Shown here piece by piece: positions 10,213-23,899 of a stretch of DNA of 64,000 nucleotides. A program made the translations under genes and the position numbers. Source of the DNA: Scyliorhinus canicula (Eukaryota); assembly GCF_902713615.1 (NCBI RefSeq), contig NC_052156.1, forward strand, positions 29,167,287-29,231,286, given 5' to 3'. How positions within the stretch are numbered: the first letter of the stretch is position 1; every line of letters starts with the position of its first letter. The notes below the pieces were generated by a model. That model had not been told where the DNA came from. It saw only the letters and a program-made list of their open reading frames with translations, and did not search any database.

Positions 10213-12049
10213 CCCCTTCCATTCCCAACAATTCAGTTTCCACTTGCAATTATAGTTTGATGAAATTACAGTCTACTTTTGGTCCATGCATTCAAATCTA
10301 TTGAGAATTGCCTTGGCATTGCCATTCACTTTTAGTAATAGCCATTTATCCCCATCCAGCAAGGCTGAATTGAGCTCGGTTTCCAAAGGAGAAATCCCAC
10401 TATTTTAACCTAATGAACGCCCGACCTTATAGTTACCAATTTTCTTGAAGTCTGAAGGTTGCAAAAAAAGGGCCGCCATTTCTTTTCAGTGAATATTAAC
10501 AACTGAAAACTGGAAATCGATTTGTGGCAATTATTTTTTATCCTCCTGCTTCCTGGCTGTACAAACAATATCTTGTGCTGGCTGTAATTATAGTCAGAAA
10601 AATCTACCTTTGAAGCTTTTACTGTTGCAACTATTTTCCTCTTGTAGGCAGTTAATAAATTGTTAATGACTTTGTGACATGAGCAATGCTTACAAGAATA
10701 GATTTAAATTGGATTAGGTTAAATGTCCAATCAAAACTGACCAAGCATCTATAGAAAGTGGAGGTCTTGTGATGTATTGGTAGCATTCCCAATTCTGGGC
10801 CAGAAACTCTGGGTTTAAGTCTGACTTCAAGAACTTGGTGGCCACGGAAGGTGTGTTCACAATGTGGCCAAACACGTAGCTCATCAACCTACAAATCCTT
10901 CCAATATGCCTGATGTCAAGTGCCAAGCAGAAAGAGAGTTTCCTGGCCAGCCATAATTTAGAAGACAATAGTGAACCACTGCAATTCTTTGCCAAGCCTA
11001 ATCATGGACCAATCTAATGGAAATTCATGGTCAGCGATGCCCTCATAAGGCGTGGTAGCTGGAGGGGGAGGAGGAACTATAGGAAATTCCAGCAAGCACA
11101 TGCAGCAGTGTTTTCTATAGTCTTAACACCTAGTTTACAGGATCTGACATGATATTAAAAAACACACCAAGCTGTTGGTTGAAACCTTTTAATAAATTAG
11201 CTGGTGCAAAACATTTTTAGCAATGTGTAATTTCAATCAGATATTCAACTTTGTTAACAACAAATGCCACTATAAAGGTCCCTAGCAATTATCTCAGTTG
11301 GGGGTAACTTCAACCCTCTCATAACTAAATTGCATGTTTTTAATTAAAAGTAGTTGCTTTTACTTCAATTGCATCTGTTTATGACCTGTTCAATGAGGTT
11401 TTTAATACACATGCCACCCGCCCCCAAAACATGAGTTGAAATACTATAAACGTGTCAAGTATCAAATTGATATTAAGTGCCAAAATTATCAGTTGTTGTG
11501 TAATACAAGTTCTCAAAATACAGATAGGAAATGACAGGGTCAAAACATTTCTTTGTAAAATCTGTGTCAAGACCTGGGTGTTTCCCTTTATATTTTTCAC
11601 AGCTACATAACAGACGTAACTCACAGATTTGATACTTTTAATACTAAGTTTGGAAATGATTCATTTGTATGCTATTGGATTGATGAGCTAACGTGTTTAC
11701 TAAAAGATATATGGCAATGATCCCATTCTTATTGAGTCACAGACTGTAAAGCAGTGGATTCCTGGATTATTCAAACCCTGTAATTTCCTAATGCTGCATT
11801 GAGTCAATCTTTAAGTTAAATACAACACATTCCTAATAAGCTTGCCAAGTGTTATTGCACCTGGATCAGAATTTCTCCAAACTACAGATTAAAAATTGGC
11901 AATCTATAAATTTAGTTTCATATCACTCACTCACCTTTCTTGAACCAAGTTTTAAACAAAAACTATTTTACACAAAGGTAATTAGACATTTAAATTACAC
12001 TGCTGATTGATTCATCTTGTGTACTAAGCGTGAAGGATCAGATAATTGG

Positions 12050-12400
12050 GAATATAGAATCAAACAGAAAGTGGCCATTCGGCATGTCAAGCCTGTGGCA
12101 GCCCTATGCAATTCGGCTGGTCCTACTCTTCTTTCCTGTAGCCGTGCGATTTTCTTTTCTTTTCAGTTCTTTATCCAATTCCCTTTTGAAAGCCATGATT
12201 GAATCTGCCTCCACCACATTCTCAGGAAGTGCATTCAAAATGTTTCCTCCAAATCCTAAGGATTTGCCTTTGATTCTTTTGCCAATCACTTTAAATCTGC
12301 ATCCTCTGGGCCTCAACCCTTCCCCCAATGGATACAGTTTCTCTCTGTTTAGACCCCTCATGATTTTGAACACTTCCATCAAATCTCAATCTTTTCTTAC
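12050..12400 (-). mobile_element. CR1 3' fragment
   Basis: MEVFKIMRG..NALPENVVEADSIMAFKRELD. Confidence 0.8.
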
Positions 12401-13624
12401 GAAAGGGGAAATATTTTACACTGGGATGAAGATTTGATATTTGGTTATTTTACATGGGTCAGGAATTTCCTACAAATAGAAACAGGCAGTGGTTTTGTAC
12501 ACTGGATTACTGTCCTTCAATCAGCGTCTTTATGTGGGAGTTGATTGGACAAAGATTTTACAATAAGTCAAATCCACTTTTTCAGAACTAAATTTCTTCA
12601 CAAACCAATAAATTTTAGTAATTAGAGATATTCTGTGTTTCATTTACAAGGAATTGAGCCAATCCTGGACAAAAAAAAGTCTGAATTTACATACGGCAAG
12701 CAGTAGGTACAGGCCACAAAGTGATTTTATGCAGGAAATGCGGACAACAAATTCTCTGAATTAGGGTACTTATCCGAATTTGCTTTCAAGTTGTGTATAT
12801 GGTGAGTTAGCTGGTCCTTTCTCATATGTTTTTCAGATGAGCAACATATATGCTTAGATTTGTCTTCCACATAATGGAAGTGTTGTATTAGTAGACTTTG
12901 ACAGGGCAGGCAAATACAATTGCCTCATCTATCCATCTGCTCGGGTGCACATTTCAGTAAATTAGGCTGACAGTAGCTCAAAGGGTAGAGTTTCTCTTCT
13001 AAAATAATGGATCTAATAAAATGAATGTAGGACAGTTGCAAAAACTACATTTGTTATGAAAAGCTATAAATTCTACTTATGCTTGGAATGCATCTGAATC
13101 CCTATCACTGCTATTTTAATAACACATTGCAAGTGAAAAAATACTTACATTAGGTTGGAAACCCTATCCCTCCTATTTTTATTCTTTCCCTTCTTGTTCA
13201 GGCCTCGTCAGTTTTCCATCTTGCATAACTGAGAGAGTAAGTGATTCTGTTACTTTACTCATCAGTGAGCCACCAGAAGTTGTGCAGTAGCATCTCATAA
13301 GAGGCCTGCCTTTGCTTCCAACAGACATATGGACAGGACTGGGAAATCATGTGAGGGGAATATGACTGGTATTCCTCCATTTTGTGAGGCAGAGACTGTT
13401 ACTGTCTCGAATGCCATTCATCAATGCCCCACCTCTGTCTATTTTTGAGTATTAGTTTGACGTGGGACACAACTACACCTTTTTGTCCAACTATTTCTAG
13501 CTGGCCTGTGTTAACAGTACTAGCTGAAGCGGCTTACCATTGCTTTTGCCATTGTACACAGCCTGTTGTGGAGAGATTTGGATATGAAGGACTCAGGTAT
13601 CAGTATTATTTGAAAATAATAAAA

Positions 13625-16600
13625 CCATTTTTTTTTAAAATTGAGTTTTTGGTATATAAAACAAATATAAATATGAACAAACAATAGGAGATGAAGAGAA
13701 AAAAACAAAATTAAAAAGTAAAACAAACTATTTACACATAGATCGGCTTCAACTATTTACATTCATCCAACAGTTTCTTTTCTTTTTGCTCCTTATAGTA
13801 TTTGCAGTGATGATTGTGGTCCCCTACGTTTCGCTGCCCACCGGGTTTTCTCAACTTTTTTTCCCCTTTGGTTCAGGTTGTTGCACATTCAACCCCCCCC
13901 CCCCCCCCCCAAAACCGGGTCTCATGCTTCTCCTGTTGGGCTACCACCACTGGGCTGGTTGAATATTTATTTGGTGGGAATGAGAGTGCTGCCCTGGCTA
14001 GGGCCCGGAGGAAGGTCCCTCTGCAGGAGTTCCCCTCCATAAGCACCCACTCGGTTCCTTTATCTACCCCTTTACTCTCTCCGCAGTCGCTGCCCAGTAG
14101 TAAATTGTAGGTTTGGGATGGCTAGGACACCCATGGATCTCGTTCTCTGCAGTACTCTCTTTAGGATCTTTGCATTGTTCCGACCCCACACAAACGCCAT
14201 AACCAGTTTGTCCGATGAATTGAAAACGGCCATGTGAATGTAGATCGGGATGGATCTAAACATAGAACATCGAAAAATACAGCACAGAAGAGGCCCTTCA
14301 GCCCACGATATTGTGCCAAACTTTTGTCCGAGATTAAGAACAAATTAATCTACACCCCATCATTCTACCGTAATCCATGTACCTATCCAATAGCCGCTTG
14401 AAGGTCCCTAATGTTTCCGACTCAACTACTTCCACAGGCAGTGCATTCCACGTTCGCTGCTAGCTTTCTTTAATATTGTATTTCCTCTTCAGGAGAGGAA
14501 CCTACGCAGTCCGTTAATTTTGATTGTTTAAATCCTCCACGCCAGTAAGAGTGGGAGTGTGTCCCATCTCTGCAGGTCCTTTTTTACTTCCTCTGTCAGG
14601 CTGGTCAGGTTCCACTTGTGGATCCTGTCCAATCATGAGCAATTTGGATTCCCAGGTAACAGAATTTATGTCGGACCTGTTTAAACAGCAGCCCCTCCAG
14701 CTCAAGAAAGCTTCAAACTCTTTCAAGAGCGCCATGATTCCTTCCATGCTGTTTTGCGGGTCCGAGATGTAGAGGAGCAGGTCATCCGCATAGACCAAGG
14801 CTCTGTGCTCTCTGTCTCCTCTCTGGATCCCGTTCCAATTCTTTGCTGGCCCAAGCGCGATCGCTAGTGGTTCGATCACTGGGGCGAACAGCAGCGGTGA
14901 TAACGGGCACTCCTGCCTTGTGCCTCTGTGCAGCTAGAAGTAGCTAGAGCTGGTGGTATTTGTCCGTACCCTCGCCGTGGGAACGTTGTACAGGATTTTC
15001 ACCGGGCGGTGAACCCTGTTCCTAGCCCAAACTGCTCCGTACCTCTATGGGGTACTTCCACTCTACTCTGTCGAAGGCCTTTTCAGCTTCCAGGGAGACG
15101 ATCACCTCAGGTGTTCTCTCCCCAGATGGGGCCTTGATCATGTTGAGCAGACACCTGATGTTCGATGTTAACGGACTACCCTTGACAAAGCCAGTCTGTT
15201 CTTCTGTTATGACCTCTGGTACACAGTCTTCCAGCCTTTTGGCTAGGATCGTGGCCAGTATTTTTGTGTCTGCGTTTAGCAGCGAGATGGGTCTTAGTCT
15301 TCTTTTTTTTAAATTTAGAGTACCCAATTAATTTTTTCCAATTAAGGGGCAATTTAGCCTGTTCAATCCACCTACCTTGCACATCTTTGGGTTGTGGGGG
15401 CGAAACCCCCGCAAACACGGGGAGAATGTGCAAACTCCACACGGACAGTGACCCAGAGCCGGGATCGATCCTGGGACCTCAGCGCCGTGAGACCGCAGTG
15501 CTAACCCACTGAGCCACCGTGCTGCCCCGTCTTTGTCTTTTTTAGGTATCAGCGAGATTGAGGCTTGTACTAGCTTAGGCGGCAGGGTGCCCCTCGCCAG
15601 CAAGTCTGTGAACATCTCCCACAAGTGTGGGGCCAGTGCTATCGCGAATGTTTTGCGGAAGTCCGCCGGGAAACCATCCGGTCCAGGCGCCTTCCCCACC
15701 TGCATGGAGATAATACTCTCCATGACCTCTCCCAGTTCTAACAGTGCTTACAGGCTCCGTATCCTGACTGGCATGACCAGTCCATCAAGGGACAGCATTA
15801 TCCCCGAGCCTCCCGCTGGGGGCTCCAAGGTGCACAGCCCCTGGTAGAAGGGCTAAAATGCCTTGTTGACGTTATCCGGCTCCGTTATTAATTTGCCTTT
15901 GCTCTCCCTAATCTGGGCTATTTCCCTCGTGGCTGTCTGCCTTCTCGGCTAGTGGGCCAGCAGGCGGCTAGCCTTGTCTCCGTGTTCATAAGGGCCCCCT
16001 TGTCTGGCGGAACTGGAATCTCACACCATTTCTGTACAGCTCAGCCTTCACTTTATTAAATTCAGCTCGGCGCTTGACCTTGTCAGCCCCAGTGTCCCGA
16101 TAAATGCGGATCTTGTGACCTTCCCAGCTACAGCTTTTGCATTGTCTGGCCCAACGCAGGATTCTTTCCCGGTTCTGGTACCATTGCATCTTTGCAATTA
16201 TCACCCTCGGCTGTTCCTGGCTTTGGGCTTTGGTCGAAGCAACCGGCATGCTGTCGATTTCTGGTGGGTTGGGGAAGCTGTCCCTTCCCACCAGATTGCC
16301 CAGCTTTTGGGCCACATAGTCTGTGGGGTTCCTACCTTCGATCCACTCCAGTAGGCCCATGATTCATAGGTTTTGCTGCCTTGACCGGTTCCCTGGTCCT
16401 CAAATTTTCAGCTCAGGTTCCCTTGTGTCGCGACCAGCCTTGCCGCCTCCTTTTTCAGGGCGACAATCCGGTCGCCCTGGTCAGTTGCTGCCCTCTCCAG
16501 TTCTTTAACTGTTTCCTCCTGGGCTTTCAGTCGCTTTTCGGTATTGTCCAGAAGCACCTGCATGGTCGCCGGAGCTTTGGTCACCGCAACCTTCACTGCA

Positions 16601-16990
16601 GCTTGTATCTTTGATTTTGTTTCTTCTTGATGGTCCCTCAATTCTCCTGCGAGAAACATCCTACAACCACCCCCTGGTATGGGGGGGTTTCTCGTGTGGT
16701 GGGTTGGTCCCTCTCGGTGTGGTGAAGTCTGCGTTTCACCGCCTCGTGCGCGGCTGGTTCAGTTGTTTGCCGTTTCTCCAGGCTTTTTTCACTCCTGCTC
16801 TCCACTCGTCCTCTGGACTGGCTGTTGTTTGGCATCTTTTCCTCCTTCTGTACTTTGTTAGTGGTGTGGGCATGATTTGTGTTGTTTGTGGGTGTTTTTC
16901 GGGCAAAAAAATTCCTATTTCTCAGGTTTGAGGGAAGAGAGCCACCTGATGTGCAACTTCTCAGCACATCCCCGTCACCGGCAGTCCATT
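13625..16990 (-). mobile_element. L1/Tx1-clade LINE with 5'UTR and ORF1, internally deleted ORF2
   Basis: ORF1 GRNPTDYV..PRVIIAKM..KIRIYRD (15986-16659) joins directly to mid-ORF2; KAPGPDGF, RPISLLNAD, EKAFDRVEW, YADDLLLY; poly(A) end at ~13625; nested CR1 tail 14262-14450 and SINE 15302-15528. Confidence 0.9.
15302..15528 (-). mobile_element. Short V-SINE variant nested in L1
   Basis: As 2487-2712. Confidence 0.88.
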
Positions 16991-17134
16991 TGAACATAAT
17001 TTTAAATGAAAGCATTTTGCTTCTTTAAGAATTTGGATATAAGAAAAAAAAACCTTAAAGTTTGAGGGAATTCCTACATACAAAGGAAACTTCAAAACAC
17101 TGCAATACTTTAGTTGCCAATGGAATGAATAACT

Positions 17135-17391
17135 AATAATAATAATAATCTTTATTCGTGTCACAAGTGGGCTTACATTACACTGCAATGAAGTTGCTGT
17201 GAAAATCCCCGTGGCCACACTACAGCGCCTGTTCGGGTACACAGAGGGAGAATTCAGAATTCACCTAACTCACATCTTTCAGGACTTGTGGAAGGAAACC
17301 AACGCAGACACGGAGAGAACATGCAGACTCCGTGGACAGTACGGGAATCGAACCCAGGTCTCTGGCACTGTGAAGCAATAGTGTGCTGCCC
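17135..17391 (-). mobile_element. V-SINE variant with cacagtaacttcattgcagtg..(ATT)n tail
   Basis: Same tail as 19020-19678, 36700-37000, 42975-43092. Confidence 0.8.
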
Positions 17392-19136
17392 ATTTGTGTT
17401 TATGGATGCTGTATAAGAAAACCGCGCCTTTAAATTTTACTTGCATCTGATTCAGAACTCCAGGTGTTTCATCTGTTACATAATTTGAAGTATTGGCTTT
17501 GATTTCTTAAGTGTGATTTGACAATAGCCACTCACTTGCTACGGTGTGAGATGGAATGAAAAGTTTGGTGCAATCTGAATCTTTGATCAGCATGAACACA
17601 TAGATCTGAATTATTCCAGTTTGGATCGCTTTGAATTTAGACGCAATCTAGAATCTACTCCCGACTAAAGGATGATCGAGAAACAACTTGTTCCATAATT
17701 GAATTCAAGGTGATTGAAACTTTCAGGAATGTAAAAGCCATCTATTTGAAAAGGGAAATTAAGATTCATTTTCCATTTTTATTCCCGGATAATGATTCCA
17801 CATATATTTAGTTTCATCCAGTGCTATTATGAATGTAACAGACCTCCTTAGTGGGGGAAGGGCATCAGAAAAAGTTGTTACATTTGTGCACTCATAAAAG
17901 CCTTTATTATATGTGTGCTCTTAAGTGAATAACAAGCTTATAGAGAACTTATTCTTTCGAGTTGAATGGAGTCATCCTTATTTTAATAATCCTCAAACTT
18001 ATTTTTACTTGACATTGCTGGGAACATCCTCACCCATATAATTACTGGATATGTCTGAGGATTTGCTTAAACCACTTGGTGTTCAATTTCAGGGCTGTAC
18101 ACAAGACAGGGTGGAAGAGCCAAAACTCGTCAAACAAGGCTAGTTTGGCAGAACTCATACAGGCTCTGTCAGGACCAGCCCCATATACAAAGTATTGTTC
18201 TTGCAAATTTCAAGAAAAAAAACTGCACAAAATTCACCTTCGCTTGCTTCTACAGCCATTAAATTGCTATTTACAGTTTGAGCTTTTTTAAATGAAATAG
18301 CTAATTCAGGTTAATACAGAACAACATAAAATCAATTTACCAGAGAAAAGTTAATCTCAGAATGTTTTGCATTTGCATACTGATGCTACCTAATGTTCCC
18401 ACTACAGTATTTGGGAACACATTATTGAAAGTTAGTGCATTGGAGGCATTTAGTGGCAGTAAAAAGGTACTGCAAGAACTTTTGAATTTTAACTTGTATT
18501 GTGGGAATCTTAACTTTTGATTCAATGATCCTCAGTTTTCTTCATCACACACATATTTTCCCTCAAGGTCAATTTTCCAACCTCCATAACACTGTCTGTC
18601 TCTACCGTTACTTCCACCAGTACCCTGGTCCCATCCCTATAGGTTTGGCTTCTCCATTGCTCTCCCCAACAGGCCTCCTTGTCTCAAACCATCCAAAATT
18701 ACAGCTCATTCAAATTACCAAATTCACACCATTACCTGGAAAACGTTCCATACTGTCACCAATGTTTTAATAGCTCTGGTGTCATAGGAAATCAACTTCA
18801 AGATTCTCATCTTTGATTCAACTTTCTCCATGGCCTTCCCCTATCCTACCTCATCAATCTCCTTCAATCTCATTTCCTGCTCTTCTCAATGCCAAGTTAC
18901 TTCTGGTCAGTCTCTTCGATACTGCTCTTTACTACTTATGCTTCTCTCCTCTAGAAGTTGATCTCTATCTTCTTACTTTGCTTTCAAAAACCTAAACATT
19001 TATGATCTGAGCATCTACCTGCACCAGCACAGTGGTTAGCACTATTGCTTCACAGCGCCAGGGTTCCAGGTTTGATTCCTGGCTTGGGTCACTGTCTGTG
19101 CGGAGTCTGCACGTTCTCCCCGTGTGTGCGTGGATT

Positions 19137-19331
19137 TGAAAATGAAATGAAATGAATGAAAATGAAATGAAAATCGCTTGTCACGAGTAGGCTTCAAATG
19201 AAGTTACTGTGAAAAGCCCCTAGTCGCCACATTCCGGCGTCTGTTCGGGGAGGCTGTTACGGGAATCGAACCGTGCTGCTGGCTTGCCTTGGTCTGCTTT
19301 CAAAGCCAGCGATTAGCCCAGTGAGCTAAAC
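19137..19331 (-). mobile_element. tRNA-derived SINE lacking the V-domain, (CATTT)n tail
   Basis: A box TAGCTCACTGGG, B box GGTTCGATTCC; shares gtggcgactaggggcttttcacagtaacttcat with the host SINE tail. Confidence 0.8.
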
Positions 19332-19493
19332 ATTTCCTCCGGGTGCTCCAATTTCCTCCCACAAGTCCCGAAAGACGTGCTTGTTAGGTGGATTGGACAT
19401 TCTGAATTCTCCCTCTTGTGTTCCCGAAGGAGATGCCGGAGTGTGGTGACTAGGGGCTTTGCACAGTAACTTCATTGCAGTGTTAATGTAAGC

Positions 19494-19639
19494 ATAGGGA
19501 AAAGAGCTAACATTGAGAGTCCAGATGATCCATTGTCAAAGCTCTTTTCTCTCCCTACAGATGCTGCCAGACCTGCTGAGATTTTCCAGCATTTTCTCTT
19601 TGATTTCAGATTCCAGCATCCACAGTAATTTGCTTTTAT
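19494..19639 (+). mobile_element. Short Penelope-like insertion (second family) with 5' inversion
   Basis: TSD TTAATGTAAGC at 19483-19493 and 19640-19650; cagatgctgccagacctgctgag motif shared with 22330-22550 and 42145-42265. Confidence 0.75.
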
Positions 19640-21354
19640 TTAATGTAAGCCTACTTGTGACAATAAAAGATTATTATCGAACCTGAGTATCTACTGAGGC
19701 CAGCAATTAACCACAGGGAAAAGATGACATTTCTTCCCAGACTGTTAAGCCAAATAAAACCTCAGACTATGAATCCAACTGCACCAACTTCTACTGTTTA
19801 ACTCTGACCAGTTGCCTTCCATGGGTGACACATCCACAGTCCCATGAGGACAAGTCATCAGTGTGTTCCATACAGTATATGAGAATCCGTCTACCCTCAG
19901 AGTCTTTTATTGTGTTTTTAAACACAGATTTATGCAATTGTCTTTATTAACTGCTTTTGATGGAATATACTCTATATATTCATTACACTGTAGGAATAAA
20001 GAAGTTCATGAGCTCTATTCTCTTGTTGAGATGAGGATGGGGCACAGGTGAGACGGGTTTGATAAGGTGGTTGGTAGAGGAGAAAAGACAAAAGGAGTTA
20101 TATTTTCTCTCCTGGATGATCCATTCTGGGTGTCTTTGGTACAGATTGAAGCCCACTAGCACCTAATGTTGTCCTCGTTACAGCGAATGAAGAATGGGAA
20201 AACCAATTGTGCATCAGATGTGCTTAAACTTGCAGCTCGCCAGCATTCATTCCCTTTTCATCACTTATGCTGTAGCACTTCCTCTAAAACACACTAATGA
20301 CATTCTTATGAACTTAAAACTTTTTTTTTGTCAAGATAATCACAATTCTTTTAAAGCGACTTACAAGAAACTGCTCCCTATGAATCACTATTCTGACACA
20401 CTGACTGAGGTATACTATCATCTGAAACTTCTCCCATTTGTCTATAAATTATTGCTAGACTTATCCAGAAAGCTAAACAAACAAAATTACACTGTTTGCC
20501 AACCTGTTTTCAGACTTACCTTCCACCCAGTAATAGGTGTAATTACTACTAAAATATGCATTATGTTTACCTGTATTCACATACCATTCAACCTCACATC
20601 TGTAATTCTCCCTGTGGCACATTCCAAACTTCAGCCCTGTTATTTGGTCGAGGGCTTCTGCTGGACAAAAGGCACATCTTTCATTTGAAGTTCCCATATG
20701 GGTGTCTTTATGGGCTCAAGACCTTGGCACAAGTTGCCTGTGCCCTTCTCGGAAAGGGGCAGTTATTATGACATCTTAATTTCCTAGAAATTTTGATACA
20801 CAGTTTGTAATTTTGCCAATTGATTGAACCCCTTTTTCATTGTTTCTTAATATTGGAGTGCATCAAAAATAACCGTATGGAATTCATTTCTATCTGAGTA
20901 GATTTCTTAGTGGCCTATGATTCCACCCATCATAGTGGCTAGTAAATTTCCACAGCTCTTTGTACATTTATTGACATGTTGGTGAATGCACTATTTAACA
21001 GGATTCTCCATTTTTTAATCTTCAGGTTAGTAGCGGCTGTAAAAAATTGTGCGTTCAACATAGGTAGCTCCGTCAGGATCTTAATTTCTCGTATTTTTCT
21101 AAACATTAAATGGTTCACAAAGTTAGGTGATAATGTTTTAATGGAAGAACATTACACCGCCTTGTGTAGAATTACTCTTCACTAAACTGGAGCTGTGTTG
21201 AAGAATATGAAATCTAACTGCTCCAAATAAACATACTGAGGTCAAGCAGAGTTTAATTGCTGCTGGTAAAGGATGATTACAAGTGCATTCCAAACCGTAA
21301 ATTTTCAGATTCAAGTCAGAAACAACCTACATTAAATAACAGCTTTGTTTTAAA

Positions 21355-21670
21355 AATCTCTACAGTGCAGGAGGCCATTTGGCCCATCGGCTCTTCACCA
21401 ACCTTCCGAAAGAGCACTCTACCTAGGCCCACTACCCTACCCTAATCCTGTCACCCACCTAACTGTTGGACACTAAGGAGCAATTTATCATGGTCCATGC
21501 AGCTAAGCCCCACATCCTTGGACTGGGTAGGAGGAAATCGGAGCACACGGAGGAAACCCACAGACACTAGGAGTGTGTGCAACCTCCACAGTCACTCAAA
21601 GTCAGAATCAAACCCAGGTCCCTGGCGCTGTGAGGCAGCAGTGCAAACCACTGTGTCACAGTGCCACCTC
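21355..21670 (-). mobile_element. HE1-like V-SINE, diverged
   Basis: V-domain plus CR1-type tail. Confidence 0.8.
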
Positions 21671-22329
21671 ATACCTTAAAGAGAGATGCAGTATCTCAAC
21701 AATTTTAAGCAGGTTAGAAATGTAAATAACTTAGTCATTATGGGCCTTGCAGTGTCGTGTTTGGCAGCTTTCTAATAGACACTACAATACAAACTACAAT
21801 GCCAAACAAATCCAAAAGGTAAACTGGTTGCGAAACAGTGTATAGTAAAATACCAGCATATTTATTTTAATGATTTCTAAGGCAGCAAACCCACTGAAGT
21901 CTACCCTTCAGGCAATATTAATCCAGATTTCCATGCAATTATGCATCACTATAAATGATATAGCCTTTAAATTGTACAATTTGCAAGAATACTAGTAGAA
22001 TCTTGGATTCCCAAAACACTGGTAAAAATCCCAGAAAAAATGGATTCAACTTGAATACATTTTATAGATTTGCTTTTGGCTGCCACTTCTAAACACTGCC
22101 ACCAAAAGGAATCTGGTGGTACGTTCAACTGAAAAGCACTACATGTTGATGTAAAAGCTTGGAAATATTACAAGATATTCATAACACAAGCTTAATAATA
22201 TATCTGATATTTATAGAAATACATTTTGGTCAATTAATAACTTTCCTTTTGGTGGAGGGAGAAGAAATGAAACAAGCAACATCTCTTTGGAAATACTCAT
22301 TAACAAGGTTGGCTTATTAGTAGTTAAAT

Positions 22330-22552
22330 AAGAGCAAAATACAGCGGATGATGGAAATCTGAAATAAAAACAGGAAGTGCTGGCAATACCCAGCAGGTCT
22401 TGTATCATCTGTGAAGGGAGAAAGAGAGTTAACGTCTCAAGTTGAATACTACTTCTCCTGAAGAAGAATCATATTTTACTCAAAACGTTAACTGTTTTTC
22501 TCTCTCTCATGCCAAACCTGCTGAGTTTTTCCAGCACTTTCTGTTTTCATTA
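22330..22552. mobile_element. Inverted pair of Penelope-like terminal repeats with a decayed hammerhead
   Basis: Left and right arms are diverged reverse complements; ctgaagaag..tcaaaacgtt core near 22458-22490. Confidence 0.65.
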
Positions 22553-23427
22553 TGGTTTATTAGTAGTGCCTAGTGGGGGTCTCCTGTAATCCGGGTTCAA
22601 CAAAGGGAAGCAAAATTTACAAGTATAATAAGCAGCTCACTAAATTTTAGTAATATTCCTGCACATAAATTTTGGGGGCTTTTGCCAAGCTGCAGCCAAG
22701 CTCTATGGATTTGAGTTAGTTTAATAGTAAAAGAAAATGCGCACTTCTTTATCAGGCAACAGAAGTTCTATCAATTGATATTTTTCATTAGGTTGAAGAC
22801 TTTCATACGGTGATGGTTTGCTACAAGTATGTGACAAGTGACTGGCAAAAAATTCATTTGAACAATGCAGAAATCATGACCTTTTGTAAGGATAAACTAT
22901 TGTTACTGGTTATATGCAGTCAATACAGTATCTAGTGTAATTCAATGCATTTCAAACTTTGTATTAACTCGGTAAACCATGACCCCAAGGTAAATTTGGG
23001 TTTAAACCATCTGTTCAAAGTGAATGATTCTACTGTGAAATGCTAATTCACTTTATCTGAAAGGCAATCAATCTAAATAAATACAAGAGTTTTAAATTAT
23101 TGCTGTTGCTTAGCAAAAGGTTTCAGTTTCAAACACTGTACCTCATAATGACAATTATTACTATACAATTCTTTTGTCATTTGCACCAGAACCTGTTTTG
23201 CTAAGTAAACTTGAGCTTTAAGAAGCTGTATGCCCCACCTTTCCTCAGCGTCCGTGGGTGAATTGATCACATGGTGTGGCACTAAGCATGGAATTAGGGA
23301 AGGTCATGATTTGATCCCCGGGTCCCTCCTGGTTTTCTCCTCCCCTTCCACTCAAATCAGAACCAGTGTGTCTAAACAGTGCACAAAAATAAAAGTATCA
23401 AATAAAATGAAAAGTAGTGTTGATACG

Positions 23428-23713
23428 TGATGAACCATCAATCGAACGCGAGACAAGTTGCTGTACAAAAGTTAGGCTTTAATAAGCTAGAAGTTAGCCC
23501 TGCGGTCGACTACAGTAAATAGACGACCGCCGGGCGTTCTGGTTATTTATACCTCGCTCTGGAGGCGGGGTTAACTCAGCCTCACGACCAATCGGAGAGC
23601 CATCACATGACTGGTCTCAACCAATCGGTTGAGAGGCACATGACCGACCAGGGCCAATGGTAAGCCAGTGTTCTGCACCAATGGCAGACAGCTACGCAAA
23701 TCATACCACCACA
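23428..23713 (-). repeat. 3' LTR of Gypsy family B
   Basis: Direct repeat of 27986-28271, adjacent to the PPT. Confidence 0.96.
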
Positions 23714-23899
23714 TTCACCCCTTGCGGAGAAGCCGGGGGGGTAATCAACGAGAGCCGGGGGGGAGGGGGGGAGGTTGGGAGAACTGGTGGTATGAGTAGC
23801 AGCCAGAGAAGGGAGAAAAAAATGTTTTGGCTTCCCACTGGCCCAGACAATTAACAATAGTACAAAATGTCCCAACAAGGTCCATGGAGTTGTTGTAAA

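Larger units (their letters stand above)
19020..19678 (+). mobile_element. V-SINE variant containing two nested insertions
   Basis: Head 19020-19136, resumes at 19332, resumes again at 19640. Confidence 0.85.

Noticed and set aside
19260-19331. tRNA gene
   Set aside because: The A/B boxes belong to a SINE head continuing into a shared SINE tail; no convincing cloverleaf. The same applies to the other SINE heads
20194-20688. 164-aa plus-strand ORF
   Set aside because: AT-rich, no recognisable domain or splice context; probably a chance ORF
1-23400. VGLL4 coding exons expected from synteny
   Set aside because: No recognisable VGLL4 peptide found by eye or in the ORF track
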